A stretch of 58,811 bases of DNA, counting the filler, from Sphacelaria rigidula (taxonomy: Eukaryota): NCBI GenBank assembly GCA_964200075.2. It is 7 parts of 7 records of this genome, joined end to end, with 100 filler letters (N's around TTAATTAATTAA, not from the genome) between each part and the next. Parts side by side here need not be neighbours in the genome. Positions count along the whole stretch, not along the records: positions 33,667 to 41,981 come from CAXNAA020011551.1; positions 42,082 to 50,396 come from CAXNAA020011552.1; positions 50,497 to 58,811 come from CAXNAA020011553.1; 4 more parts are not named here. One strand, written 5' to 3'. A program made the translations under genes and the position numbers. The notes beneath the pieces were generated by a model. The model was not told the origin of the DNA. It saw nothing but the letters and a program-made list of their open reading frames with translations, and made no database searches. Below, piece by piece: positions 37,816 to 51,010 of the stretch (the stretch's first letter is position 1; every line of letters begins with the position of its first letter).

Positions 37816-38628
37816 AATAGTTTGGATTTTTTTGAGTTGTTTTCGGGGGATTTTCGGACAAGGGGAAGCAAGACAACGTATATACACTTTCACAACACAT
37901 GAAAAAATGACAAGCAAAATAACGGGCGATTGGAACATGATGCTCTGGAGGAATCATCATTGTTCGTTTCAGAACATCGTAGTCAAAAGACAGACCCCCT
38001 CCCTCTCCAGCCGCCCTCCACGTCCGACCGACATTGGCGCGAAACCCCAACGGAAAAAGCTACTGCAATCTTTTACTTGGTCCCAAGACACCCTACGAGT
38101 ATATACCCCGAATATGCTTTTTTCACGTCTTGGTCTACTATGTCGTTATGCTAGACTTTTTTCTGTTCCCTGCTTTTCTTGAGCGAGTGTTTCAGTTTTC
38201 GCTTTTCTCGGGTACGCCTATCAGGCGACCATGGCTGGACCCATGGGTGGTCAGTTAACAATCAAATCAAATAAAAAATCATAAGACTGGAAAGGTTCAC
38301 GCTGCCAAAGTGACTGGTTTCGACTTCTGCCTGGTCTGATTGTACTGTATGTGTGGGCTGACTGTACCGTACGTGTGGAGGTTCGCCCCTCTTCGATCAT
38401 TTCACCCCCGTTGAAGTCAAACCAACACGCTCACGTACCAACACGAGTGCTGCACCCCCAATCATTAGCTACCGTAAAAATGAAACTGGAAAGTTCCGTC
38501 TGTCAAGCGAATCACACTCGAAAAGACAAGAAAAAAAAAGAACAAAAAAAAGTTGTACTTCGTGTACACAAATGTCGACCAATGTTGACGGACAAAAAAC
38601 GTTGACACGAAAAATAAATGGATACAAC

Positions 38629-38876
38629 CACGGTTGTGTTCTGTAGAGGGTATACCGACTGAAGTTCGGGTATTCACTGAAGTATATACTTGTAAAAACA
38701 GTTTTTTGAATCGTTGAAAACCTTCCAGACCATACACGATTTTGTTCGATATCTATATCTATATATCGGTTTAGACAATACCCGATTTTGTTCGGCACAC
38801 ATTTCGGTATGGAGTAGTATGTCAACAACAACAAAAAAAAACACTTCCGAATATACCCTACAAAAAAACAACCTCG
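38629..38876. mobile_element. hAT-type MITE in an intron
   Basis: TIRs cacggttgtgttctgtagagggta / taccctacaaaaaaacaacctcg. 8-bp TSD gatacaac/gataaaac. The TIR resembles that of 2760-3103. Confidence 0.7.
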
Positions 38877-38912
38877 GATAAAACCTCTGTCCACAATCGT
38901 TCAGGTACTGAC

Positions 38913-39939
38913 CTGTGGCAGTAGTTGCGGTAATCGTAGTAACGGTAACAGTGGCCGCCGTCGCAGCCACCCCGGCAGCGGCAGCACCCGACGCCACATC
39001 TCCCGTTGTGCCCAAGTCCCCATCCGCTGTAGTCTGGTTCGTCTCGTTGAAAATCGTGGGGGCCATGCTCGGCGCCGCCGTCTCCTCCAAACTGACATCT
39101 GCTTCAGAGGTCGTTTCCGTTGTCGGCGAAACCGTGTTAGCCGTGAGGGTTGGGATGGCGCCGGGGGCAGAGGTACCGTTCGGGTCGAGCACTACGGTTG
39201 GGGACATCGTCAAGGTTGGGCCAAGGGTAGCGGTCGGTGACATCGTTTCGGTCGGGGAAATTGTCAAGGCTGGAGAACGTGTGACGGTCGGAGAAACAGT
39301 CTCGGCGGGAGATAGCGTTGCGGTCGGGGAAAATGTGTCCGCGAGGTCAAGCGTCACGGTGGGAGACAGCGTATTGGTCGGCGAAACGGTTTCGGTGGGG
39401 GAAATCGTCAAGGCGGGAGATAGTGTTAGCGTGGGGGAAAAGGTTTCGGCAGGGGAAAGCGTCACGGTGGGCAACAATGTCAGTGTGGGGGAAATGGTTT
39501 CGTCAAGGGAAAGCGTCACCGCGGGAAAAAGCGTCACGGTCGGGAAAATGGTTGCGGGTGAGGGCGCTGATCCTGCAGGTGGCGGTGATGGGGTTGCGGT
39601 TGGGAAAGTGGTTTCGGCGGGGGAGAAGGCCGGGGTGGTGTTGGTGGTAGGGGGGCGGGGGGCGGGGGGAATGTTCCACCGGGGGCGGCCATGTTGGCGG
39701 GGGAAAAGTGTTGTGGCAGATGAGGGAATTACGGTTGGGGGTACCATAGCAACGGCGTCCGGTTGGATGGCGATGTTGCCCACGGTCGTTGGGAGCGGGG
39801 TGCCAGCAGAAACGGTCAATGAGAACAGAGCAGGGGAGCAGGGGGAAATCGAGATGGGGATCAGAATATGGGGAGGGAGCTTCAGTGACACCACCTGGCC
39901 GGTTAGTGGGCGCGAGGGAACCGACTACAGGAGCAGCAC
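38913..39939 (-). CDS. Large exon of a mucin-like Ser/Pro/Thr-repeat protein
   Basis: About 20 hexapeptide repeats (SPTxTL / SPAETx) in an open frame with synonymous variation. Donor G|GTCAGT at 38912. Candidate acceptor tgcattag at 39940. The 5' part appears frameshifted. Confidence 0.7.
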
Positions 39940-40604
39940 CTAATGCACACGACGTAAGTAAGACCGAGTGTTTGATGGGATCTGCACGCAGTTTGAGAAA
40001 CGTCAGGTTTTCAGAGCTCTATCGATATCCGAGAGGGGAGAGCACTTCACGATATACAAATGCACACAAACAATTCTTTGAGTTAATGCAGAACTGTTTT
40101 TCTGAAGAGGCGGGAGTATTGCCAAGTGTGTACCATACATGGCACAACCCAAGAACGGACACCACGACAGTGCTTTATGGTACAGTAGTGCTTTGTGGTA
40201 CAGTTCAGTATCGTGCATCAACCTCCAAGCACCGTACAGCAGAAGACTACATGACATCTTCACTCGTAGTCATCGCCAGAAGGCATGACGTCGTTTGTTT
40301 TACCCACCATCTGTCAAACCCCTCCCAACTTATCTATCAACCACCGACGCGCCGAAGCTGCCGGCAAAACGCAGGTACGGTCTACGCTCTCGTAGGACTT
40401 GCCCGCTGCTTCGATTTCAGACGGATCAAAGTGCACCATGCAGCATCAGTGTAAGTCACCGCTCTCAAGACCCAACTCTTTCCAGGTCCCGGAGCGGTCA
40501 AACGAAATGATTTCCGGGCTGTTTTTGGCTCATTTACTGAACATTAAGGCACAAAACTGTGGGAGAAGATGCCACTGCTTCACTCCCTGGAAAACACACG
40601 GCAG

Positions 40605-40750
40605 CAGTTGAAATATACACAAAGTGTACTGGATAAAGTATAAGCCTATTGCCACTGTTGTCGACTTTCCCACTCTAGGCAATATACCGTCAGTGATAGT
40701 TGCAACGGGCCTATACTTTACCCAGTACATTTTTTGTTCTACTGCAACTG
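40605..40750. mobile_element. Small foldback MITE
   Basis: cagttg...tgtactggataaagtataagcc is mirrored by ggcctatactttacccagtaca...caactg. Confidence 0.6.
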
Positions 40751-40955
40751 TTCATCATGAATCGCCCAGGGTGTGTGTATGCACCGGCTACAAAATCGTT
40801 TTACTCCTTGATTTTGTTTTTTTCTCGTCTCCGAGAACAAGACGCGAATATGGGGGACCTATTTTCTCCCTTGAGAGCACAACCAAGCCGCCGACCGGGA
40901 AGTAATTGACTTTTACACTCGACAACGTGTCGCGACAAATACGAGTATCAGCCTT

Positions 40956-41149
40956 AAGTCTCGCCTGAGCATCCCGTGAGCTGACACCTGGGACTATCAG
41001 CTCTCTTTAACCACTCGGATCTAGTCATCTCAACCCTGTATCAACCATGGAAGTCTCGCCTGAGCATCCCGTGAGCTGACACCTGGGACTATCAGCTCTC
41101 TTCAACCACTCGGATCTAGTCATCTCAACCCTGTATCAACCATGGAAGT
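40956..41149. repeat. Near-perfect 95-bp tandem duplication
   Basis: aagtctcgcctgagc...tcaaccatgg begins at 40956 and again at 41051, with one visible mismatch. Confidence 0.92.
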
Positions 41150-41259
41150 TTAATGTTGAACTGGCGTAGACTGTACTGAGCCGTCCATGAGGCATGTTCA
41201 CGGGCTAGGACGTCGTCAAATTTCCATGGTCGACGGAGAGGGGGAAGGGGGAAAGGGGA

Positions 41260-41352
41260 GTGTTCGCATGATCACACATGCCATAGTCATATGACCATTG
41301 CCCTCGCATCCCTACAAAGCCGGGACGAAGCACGTCGGGTTTTCGCCGGACC
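41260..41352 (+). repeat. Short G-tract-associated repeat (subfamily b)
   Basis: catgatcacacatgccatagtcatatgaccattgccctcgcatccctacaaagccgggacg. Related pieces at 16675-16712, 16835-16898 and 58748-58790. Confidence 0.75.
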
Positions 41353-42081
41353 AGACTCGCACTCATTCACCAAGCGCGGAGCGCCGTGGTGTGCTCGGCG
41401 AGTCGCATGGAGGGTGAGATGGCATCCTGCTAAGATTGTTCGGTCCGAAGCCTATTGATTATCTTGCATTTGGATGACAGCCTACGATGAGTTGCTTCAT
41501 TTCCTGGTATCGCCACTTCCAGATACAGCCACGGCTTACGCACCGCCTCATGGGTGTCTCACTATTTAGCCACTACGTGGTACGCTCATCCCCTTTGCGC
41601 GGAGTTGAGGTCCTCCCACGACGCACAACATGATCTAGCTCGACGACTATCATGGTTGGGGGGGGGGGGGGGGGGGGGGGGGTCCCCTTTGTTTGTTGGC
41701 CCCGGACCCCACACCCTTCCCGGGGGGGGGGGGAGGGGGGGGACAATTTCTCCCCGATCTGATCTGCGTGTAGATCGAGCGAAACTCGGACAGGAATTTG
41801 CTTTCTCCGTCCCTACACTGCCTCAATCCAGGTCAGATCGGGGTCCGTGAAGATAAAATCCTTAAATCTGACGGCTCTCAAGTTGCATGCCCAATCACAA
41901 TTTCGTGCCCTTCCCCCCCCCCTCAGCCTGGTCCGTCTCGAAAGGGATGCGTGGTCAATGGTCAAATGACTAAGGCAAGCANNNNNNNNNNNNNNNNNNN
42001 NNNNNNNNNNNNNNNNNNNNNNNNNTTAATTAATTAANNNNNNNNNNNNNNNNNNNNNNNNNNNNNNNNNNNNNNNNNNNN

Positions 42082-42232
42082 TGACGTGAGTTGACGCGGT
42101 GGGGGAGTGCTGACCCAATCCGCCAGACCAAAATGAAAGGCGCGTACCGGGGGAGAGATGGGTTGATCCCCTGAGACCACGGACTCATCCCGAGGAAGGG
42201 GGGGGTTTCATAGTGTGAGGAAGAAAAAAAAA
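42082..42232 (+). mobile_element. 3' part of SINE family 1
   Basis: Matches 6991-7140 and ends in an A-run. Confidence 0.8.
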
Positions 42233-42499
42233 GAGATATCAATATGATTCTGATCAACAACAATCATGGACGCTGTGGTCGTTGTCACTTGTTTGCAGCC
42301 TTTCTGTGTTCCTTAGATTTGATTTCCCGGGGTTTGGGGTTCGGCGAATTCAACAGCCGATTTCCCGCGGTTCGGTGAATTTTGGAGCAGAATTTTAGTG
42401 TCCCTGTCCTGGCCGTCTATTTTATGGTAAATTGCGGACGATGCTCAAGTTATTTGCAAGGTTCGGTGAGTTTCGGGACGGATATTTTTTTGTCTCTTT

Positions 42500-43750
42500 C
42501 CGCCAGGCTGTCTCTAGCTGGGGTAAATTTTAGAACGCGTATACATTTTTCGTTTTTCGTTGTTCCAACGTAATGTTTTCGTCACGAACAATTTTTCGTG
42601 AGATCGAGAGTTGAAAATATGGTCGAGAGTGAGGTCTTATTCGGACGACAGGTCGCTTCCGCGTTTCCGATAATGAGACGAAGAGTTTTGATGTGTAGCA
42701 GTTGAACATTCCTGCCACCCGTTGCGTGGATGGAATGGCAGAATAATCTTGAAAAATGTTGCGCGCTGGACCGCAGACCACATTTGTAAAAAATGCACCG
42801 TTCAAGATGTCACCTTAAAAAATGTGGAGTCGTGCGGTTCGAGTAAAATATACGATTGAGCCAGAATTTACTCGCCAGTGCAAAATCATGCCACCATTCG
42901 TTGTGTGGACGTGGAACTCGTTTGCGCTCGGAGTCAGGAAAAAGACGGCTCGTTTTCGACGAGACTGTATTATCAAATTCCCCGCCGTTGTCGGAAAACA
43001 TGGGTCAGATATCTCAAACTCAGTATTCTGTTTGAAAATTTCGCCGCAGTTTTCGTCGTTGTATTTCGAAATCGCACATCATCGCGTGTGATATGATCAC
43101 TGATCTCCCGCCTCTCCATGCCGAGGAGAGTCGCAAAACGTCGTGGACGCTGGATTCTGTTCCATGATCCCACCCTCGATTTTAGTGCATCATTCCGAAT
43201 TTCTTTGCCCGAAGCCAATGGAACATCTCCCGTTTATGGGCTACAGCAAATCGATTTTGCCAGGGACTTCCACCGACCGCATCGTGTTTCCGAAAATGCA
43301 CCCAAACATGTGCCGACGACCCATCAAGAACAGCTCATACTCGACCAACACGGGGAAACGAATACTACTCCATCGGCAAAATAGCTGCAAAACACCGGGA
43401 CCACTTGCTAGTGAGAGCACAACAATTGGAACTGGTCAACAAAAAAGAACATAATCCTGTGCTGCACAGCAATCAATGGCACAACGAACACCGGACGCCG
43501 GGTCTCGGTAGACTCCAAGACCACCCGCTCCTGCTCCACCTCTTCCGTACTTGGGAGCGGGGAACACCGGGGTCGAACTTTCCCGGCATGTAGCGGTGCA
43601 GCTCCACCCCTACCCCATCCGTGCTCCCCTCCTCGAGGAACAGTACGTGGCCTACACAAATCGCTGACTCTGCGCAGTTCGATGTCACGCTGAGCGTCGA
43701 CATTTAGAAGAGATGCGCCTCGCGCGTCTTCTGCATGATACTGCGGGGAT
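42500..43750 (-). mobile_element. Decayed Ty1/copia LTR-retrotransposon pol fragment (protease-integrase region)
   Basis: Integrase core motif FSDNGGEF at ~43000. Upstream are a degenerate zinc-binding-like segment and a protease-like LHRYMPG segment, in copia order. Many stops and frameshifts. Confidence 0.6.
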
Positions 43751-44419
43751 GATTAATCGGGGGCAGCGTCGGAGGGCACGGGTGATCGCAGAAGTTAATG
43801 GGGCTGGTTACAGTCGATGAATCGGACGCTTCAATACAGCTGGGCCAGTCTCAACAACTACATATTAGAAACTGGCGCAAACAGGACGTGCATCTGTCCC
43901 GTGGTCAAACGTATCCGTCCACTTCGCACCACACGAGGACGATACCGACACGTTCAACACTACGCGGGTACTCACGATCGAAAAGACGTGGACTAATCCT
44001 GTCGAGCGGCTAGGCACCCTCGACTCCGGCGACATTAAACACGACATCCTCTGAGGCCTTGTCGACCTTGATCGTGTCTTCGTTGGGGAGGTTTGTCTGG
44101 TTTATGGAGAAAGTGCCAGCGACAGCGGAGGGAAAGAGACGGTGCGCATGAGGTACGGGTGCGAGTGCTCAGAGATCAGTCGCACGCAGTGCGTGTTGGT
44201 ATGATCGTCAGGGGTTGGGACGTATCATGAAATCGTACATGCACTGATGGGAGCAACCATCCTATATACACTATCTGAAGTTATAGCCCCTTCATGTACT
44301 GGGGTCGTCAGCAGCCCCCCCGTTAAAACAAAAATCTATCGAGAAAAAGACTCGAATTGGCAGAAGTAGCAAAACGGGTACAAGAAGGATATCTCAAAAT
44401 GGGCAGGCTGCCGCGATCG

Positions 44420-45570
44420 TGATTGGGGGCCGAAAAACACATTTTCATACTGACGCATTTCACAACCATCGCTACCCCTAACTTTGGCCCAATCCAAGGC
44501 AGACCGAGATCCCCCGGGCAAGGGGGGTACATGGCGTTCCCCAGCCCAAGTGCGGCCGTCGTGGACCCCGAATCGGCGCCCGCCGCGGGCGCCGATTTTA
44601 AGGAAAGCACGTTCTGGGCACGCGAGGACTACACGGGACTGTAGGCCCCACGGAAGATCCGATCATCACTGTCCACACTCAAATCGAATGATACCAATCA
44701 TGGACATACTACCCCGGCCAACTCTGCTTTCATGGCGTCGGGTTGAAGGTGTACGTACATACCGAACTTCGTGCGACCCAGGACTTGTGCACATGTACAA
44801 CGAACCGCGCGCGGGTAGGACATGACACCTGGACCACCATTGCGTGATTTTTCCAACATGGTGTCAACAGCGTTTTGTTCCCTCCCATTTGTACACGACG
44901 GGACACAAAAACAGTACAGCATTCGAGGTTATCCTCAACGCAGATCAAACCGCCTTCACATACTACAGCGCACCACACAACTGCGCAGTGACACGCGCAT
45001 CATATCAAGAAGGCGTCAATACGTGCAGCAAGAAATCACTCCGTCTCCATGATCAAGGATGCACTACGACAATGGTAGAAATGCCTCATACCTGCAGAGT
45101 GCATGATGCCCACGACCGGTCCGCACAAACAATCGCTGAGGCCCTGTCTTACCCGTGTGGAATCATTTCCATCTCGCGCTGGCGTCACCTGCGGTAAAAC
45201 AACACATGATATCGTGGCAGGTGCGGACGGTGCCATGTATGTTGCTTGTTGATCCCGTGCAGGCGCCGATTTCGACAAAAACACGTCTACCCACCACATT
45301 TTATCCACATCCAGTGCGACATCTCGCTCGTCTACACACACCACTTATCGATGAAGTCGTGACTGGCCGGTTTTTCAAAAGACCGTCCCGTACTCCGCAG
45401 TCTCAGACCTTTTGCATTTCGTGCTCACTGCACCACCGGCGGTAAGCCAACACAAAACAATATCGTGCAGATAGGTGCACGTGGTTTTGTGAAACGGACC
45501 ACTCGGCACACGGCAGGAGCGGCATGATTTGCTCTTCCCTCCGTGTTTGTGCAACATGGGAAATCTTCAC
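44420..45570 (+). pseudogene. Decayed piggyBac-like (DDE_Tnp_1_7) transposase
   Basis: One interrupted frame carries GRPRSPG (RKP..G-like), ANSAF (ADSxF-like), HYDNGRNA (YN...G.VD-like) and a terminal Cys-rich FCISC...CTWFC...MIC segment. Recognised by eye only; no TIRs found. Confidence 0.45.
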
Positions 45571-46544
45571 CCGTCAATCAAGAAAGTAAGCGCTTGAACG
45601 GCAGCACTGTACAAATTTCGTTCGACTGTGAGTTACCTTCACCTGTTGAATATGTGCCCATCCAAAGTATTACACGAAACGACGCACTCACCACATGTTT
45701 TGAAAGATGGGGGTACTGGGTGGCTGGTAGAGAGTGACGGAGTAAGGGCCGACGTGTCTCGGACGTGTGGGTGAAATTTAGCTCGTTGGAAAATGACACG
45801 CGGAACAGTTCGTTGGCTCCAACCTACGTCCCTACCGCCCAGTCCCGACGTGTCTAGCAGTTCATGGCAGCTACAACAGAAAAATAGCGCGAACGGCTCA
45901 ATCGCCGGAATAAAGTGTGTGTGGTTTTATCAAGCCACGTCACATCAATCTGATGTGACGTGGCTTGACGTGATCCTAGTGACCTATCAGATCAAATTTC
46001 TTAGGGCGTGTGGTTTTGTTTTCGGTCAAACTTGCGTTGTTCTCCGAGACTGGTCAAGTCCGGAAAAAGTGGCCAACAAAAAACTGCGGCCACCAGGTGA
46101 CGCAGAGGTGTCCTGTAGTCCTCCCGACGATTATGGCAAGGCCTTAAAAGTGTCAAAACCCGCCTAGAACACGGGATTTTACAAATGGGGGATGGATCTT
46201 GTGTCGGCGATGAAAACCCCGAGAATTAAAATCTTCGTACCCACACCAAATCTTCAGAGTATGCTTCCATTCCTTCACTTTCTGGTAGCTACAGATTGCT
46301 CTGCTTTGCATCGCGCTTCCAATTTTCTTTTTTGCTTTTCCTTTGATATGATGGAAAAGGAGCAAAATGTGAAATTATGCGTCGTTCTAATCTAGCAAGC
46401 TAGGGTGAGAAACAAGTGATACCGAGACGGTAAAACAGCACGCGAACAGACCAGCGACTTCAAAGAGGGCGGCAGTCACGCGCAAGGGGAATGGGTATTG
46501 TCGCAGGTCGAAACGCGGACCGCCTTCCGCACGAGAAGGAGAAG

Positions 46545-46730
46545 AGGCAATACAGGAGAAAACAATTGATACGTCATGTTTTACTCGTACTAAAAATGCT
46601 TTGTAAGGCAGCGTCCAGTACAGGGGAAAACAATTGATAGTACTGTACTCGTACTGAAAATGCCATGTAAGGCAGCGTCCAGTACAGGGGAAAACAGTTG
46701 ATACGTACTGTACTCGTACTGAAAATGCTA
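46545..46730. repeat. ~64-bp tandem repeat, about three copies
   Basis: tactcgtactgaaaatgc...taaggcagcgtccagtacaggggaaaaca is repeated (taaggca at 46604 and 46668). Confidence 0.8.
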
Positions 46731-49244
46731 TGTGGGTTAACAACACGCAAACAGATCACAGTCGATTTATACCCACAAGATCTAGAGAAATGGGTTTCAC
46801 ATTTTCCTGGCGTCGCGTCGGCGGCGAGACCCCCCCCCCCCCCCCCCCCCCCCCCGCACACCAAAAGTATTCATACNNNNNNNNNNAAACCACAGAGCGC
46901 TTTCCCCCAAAAAGCTACAGCAACGGGTTTCACCTTTTCCTTGGCCTCGCTCGGGGGGGGGCCCCCCCCCCCCCCCCCCAGAGCACGAAACACCTAATTT
47001 TTGTACGTTTGGGTTTGTTGCGGCTTAGCATCACGCTCAAACGTAAAAGTGAAATGAGTTGACCTAGCGTAGGTGTGTGGGAAGCGCACGCAAGGAACCG
47101 CAGTCCAGTACTCTGGTTCGTCACCGAGTTCTACGCGTTGCGCGATCGGTACTTTTGGGTTGAGAATTAGTGCCTAACGCTATTATAATAGAGGTCCAAC
47201 ATGGCAAAATAAAAAAATCGGTGCGCATGTTTTTTTTCCTTGCCGCAAGCGAGTTGTCACGATATGCAGTGTAGTTGCGTGCCGCTGGACACTGCTGCTT
47301 ATAGTTCTGTGCGCTGCTGGTGCACAAAAGGCAATTCCACCTTTCAGCAGCGAGTGTTCCTTCAAGTGTCGAATTTCAGAAGGGGAGTTCACAGAAGAGA
47401 GAAAAAGCTAGCGGCTGCTTCGTGTCAGGGCTCCAGTGCAGATGCCGAGGCGTCTAGAGTGATTGTAGTACGTGCACTGTCTCACATGTGCTGGCGTCAC
47501 GTTTTCCGTTGTTTTTGACACGCACGCGGTCGCCATTCGTCCAATACAGAACGAATTTCCGTCAAACAAAGAGTGTCGTGTGTAAATTAGCAAGGGAGCC
47601 ATGCTACGGCAGGGGTGCACTTTTTTGGCGAAAATGTTTCTCGGGGTGTTGGCTGGGTCATTTTGAGAATCGGCATCATTTTTACTTCAAAAAGACTGAA
47701 AATGATGCCGATTCACGGAAAGGCCCCTGCGTACATCTGCATGTCCGGTCCCCGGATATTTGGATTGCACAGTAAGCCCCATATGTTTGGGCTCCTACAA
47801 AAAGTGACCCAGAAACAAATGTGCAACCCCTTCCGTAACTTTGCTCAAGGGCCAGCAGTGAAACTAATGCGCGTGAGTGGTGGGTGTCTGTGCGTGTTTT
47901 TTCGGGGCTGGGTGTGCAGGTGTTGTGTTGTCTGCATCATAACACAGGCCTCGGACCTGCTTGGACTAACGACCACTTCCAGACCCGCCGCATTTCTACT
48001 ACTCGTGCCGCCACTTGGATAGCCTGTACAGCACACAGCCACATGATAAACCAAAAGTCGGCGCCCAGAGAATCGGAGAATTGATCTGCTTTCCTCAGAG
48101 CTAGGCGAACGACATCGTCCAACGGACTGGGGTCCGAAAATCAATCAACGGGAGAAAATCGGGTTGAAACGGGCTGAAATCCTCATATTTGTACAAATGC
48201 GGATTGGTTTCCGTACAAAGTGGTCTTGCCCCCCTGTTTGTTTTCTTCTTTCTTCGTGAGCAATTGGTAATTTTGAATTTGCTCCGGAAAACTGTTCTGA
48301 AATGTTCATTCGCCAATAGCTCAAAAAGAAAAGGAAAAAAACACACGGGAGCAACGAAGGGGTGTTTGCACATACGTCCTGTACATCATGTCAAAATTTC
48401 ATCGGAAACGAGTGAACTTTGAGCTCAGGAATTGTGCTACAGCTTGTGCGGCACCGTCGCAACCGATTGTAACCGAAAATCCGATCTCAGCCGTTTTCTT
48501 TTGGCTAATTCCGCTGCGCATAGTACGCTCGACTCTATACAATTTCGCACTTGACAGCAGTTTGGTGTTTCGTTTGAGGAGACCTTGTGGGATCGCAGTG
48601 CTACATGGATTTGAAGACGCGCGCGGATTTGCCGATTACCACGATGTGTCATAGTAGGCAGAACTCGCAATACATCGTCAGGTTGAACGGGCTGAGGGAA
48701 AATGAGCTTCTTAGGCAGACCAGCCTGTAACGTGAACATGTGATCACCTTGCGTGTGCGACCCCCATCACTAGAGCACCGCCCCCTTTCGAACGTGTACC
48801 GTAAGCTTGCTTCAGGATGGCATGGTGCTTATGAAAATATCATCGATGTACTGTCCTGGGGCGTATTCAGCTGGCGGAGGAAAATTAACCCCAGACCGGA
48901 CCTGGACAAACCAAACTCCCCCCAAACAAGTCAATCTTGTTGATCTCTATGCGGCATATGGGACTTGAGCAGCGCACGTGTGTCCACCAACTCAGGAATT
49001 CCGAATCAAATCCGTTCAAGAATCATGGAAAACAACGAAGAACAGCTGATTTTCAGTTCAAGTACAGGCTGGTTCACGGAAAAAAAAAACTGTCATCAGC
49101 AAATGCCTTCTGCAATACGCACCCAATAAACGCATACACGGTATCATACTGACCGCAATGATCAGACGAAGGGGGTGACATAGCCAGATTTTTGTTCAAG
49201 GCTACAGCGGTGGCGATATGGACAAAAATGTGCCTCGATCAATC

Positions 49245-50320
49245 AGCGCCTTTCAAACTGTTCTGAAATTGAAAATACAAATTCCAAGCCCAATTTCCAC
49301 CGAATCTCCACATGCTTCAAATCGTAGTGACCGTCATCATCTCAAGAATCTAACGGGAGGAACGGATTTGAAAACGGTTTCGACGGGGTCGAATTATACC
49401 CGAAACCGCAATGTGTCGGTGATGTGGAGATTGGAGTCGTGTAATTTCCACTCATGATACGTGGGAAAGACTCGGGGAGCCTCGTGACGATTTCCCTCAG
49501 ATATGTTGTAGAAAAGCTCAGATCATCCTCAAACTTGGCAGTTCCGTCGGTACTGATGCTCCATATGTAAAAATTATGTTTTTAGCAAGAGTTACAAGTT
49601 TCTCCGTTCTCTATAGGCTTCCGGGGGTCCCAGTACAAAGATCCCCGAAAGGCGGTACAGAATGACTCAAAAGAAAAAATAATAACATGATGCGTCCCGG
49701 GATTGTCCAAGGAACACATGTACGAAGTTTGGTGGAGAAACTCGAAAATCATATCCAATTTTTCCCGCCTTGACGTGAAAATCACCCTAAAATATGTTTT
49801 CATACTCAAACCAAGTAGTTAGGAGTTTGTACGTTTTAAACTCACATCTTCGCACAAACGCGCGAATAATTGTGAGTTGGACCCTGAACCTTTGCACAAA
49901 TGTGCTATGAACCTTCACGCGAGTTTCGATCAACGAGATTCCTCTAATTCTTGAATTTTTACCGTTTTTCGGAGGTGCGACGGGTTCCAAGTTGTTTTAG
50001 CGAAGTCGTCCATTCTAGGACCCCGGAAAACCGGCACAATGGTCTTTTTTTTCCAGTATTTTCGCGAACGCTCTGTCGCCGTAAATCCCAAGGGAGAATC
50101 TCACAAAGTTTCGTTGCCAAACTCGATTAACTGATGCTTAAATTTTCATGTTCACGTCGAAGAAGGTCCCAAAACGCCATTTTCATACTAAATCTAGTGG
50201 TTTGCCGTTTCACCGTTGCACGGCAAGGTTCATCGCACAAACGCGAAACACTTCACGCCGTTTCAAGGAGTTAGACCCTGAAATTCTGCACAAGTGTGCT
50301 ATGAATCATTACGCAACTTT
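49245..50320. repeat. Interspersed repeat homologous to 23830-24560, with an internal partial duplication
   Basis: See 23830-24560. In addition, ~49770-49920 resembles ~50150-50315. Confidence 0.75.
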
Positions 50321-50496
50321 GGATGGACGCGGTTTTTTATTTAATGTTAGGGCGATGGCCTAGAAAAGGTATACCTTCTCGTTTTTTGCTTAAGAANNNN
50401 NNNNNNNNNNNNNNNNNNNNNNNNNNNNNNNNNNNNNNNNTTAATTAATTAANNNNNNNNNNNNNNNNNNNNNNNNNNNNNNNNNNNNNNNNNNNN

Positions 50497-51010
50497 GTAG
50501 AGTATACTCAATACTCAGTATTTTTGAAGAGTCATACTTTTAGTACTCAAAGTTTGAGTAGAGTATTTGAGGTCGTACTCAACCTACTCAATTATTCGAA
50601 TAGAGTATTTGAGATCATACTCAATCTACTCGAAATTCGAGTATAGAGGTCATACTCAAGTGATACTCTATACTCAAGTATTACTGAGAGTGCTTACTCA
50701 ATAGTTGAGTAGAGTATTTGAGGTTGTACTCGATCTACTCAAAATTTGAGTAGAGTATTGGAGGCCGTATTCAATGTACTCAAAATTTGAGTAGAGTATT
50801 TGAGACCACTCTCAACCTACTCAAAATTTGAGTAGAGTATTTGAAGTCGTACTTGAGCTACTCAAAATTTGAGTAGAGTATCTGAAGCCGTACCCAACGT
50901 ACTCAAAATTTGAGTAGAGTATGTGAGGTCGTGCTCGACCTACTCAAAAATTGAGTAGCGTATTTAAGGCCGAACTCAACCTGCTCAAAATTTGAGTAGA
51001 GTATCTGAGG
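50497..51010. repeat. 41-bp palindromic tandem repeat, block 1
   Basis: Unit ctactcaaaatttgagtagagtatttgaggccgtactcaac with a 41-bp period (50736, 50777, 50818, 50859, 50900, 50941). Confidence 0.9.

Noticed and set aside
38674..38912. C-terminal extension of the 406-aa ORF
   Set aside because: It reads through a splice donor into an intronic hAT-type MITE.
38915..39943. 342-aa Val/Gly-rich plus-strand ORF
   Set aside because: It is the antisense shadow of the Ser/Pro/Thr repeat exon; the splice signals favour the minus strand.
50497..51010. CRISPR-like array (palindromic repeat plus variable segment)
   Set aside because: The variable segments are only ~12 nt and homologous to one another, there are no cas genes, and the context is eukaryotic. 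It is a tandem repeat.
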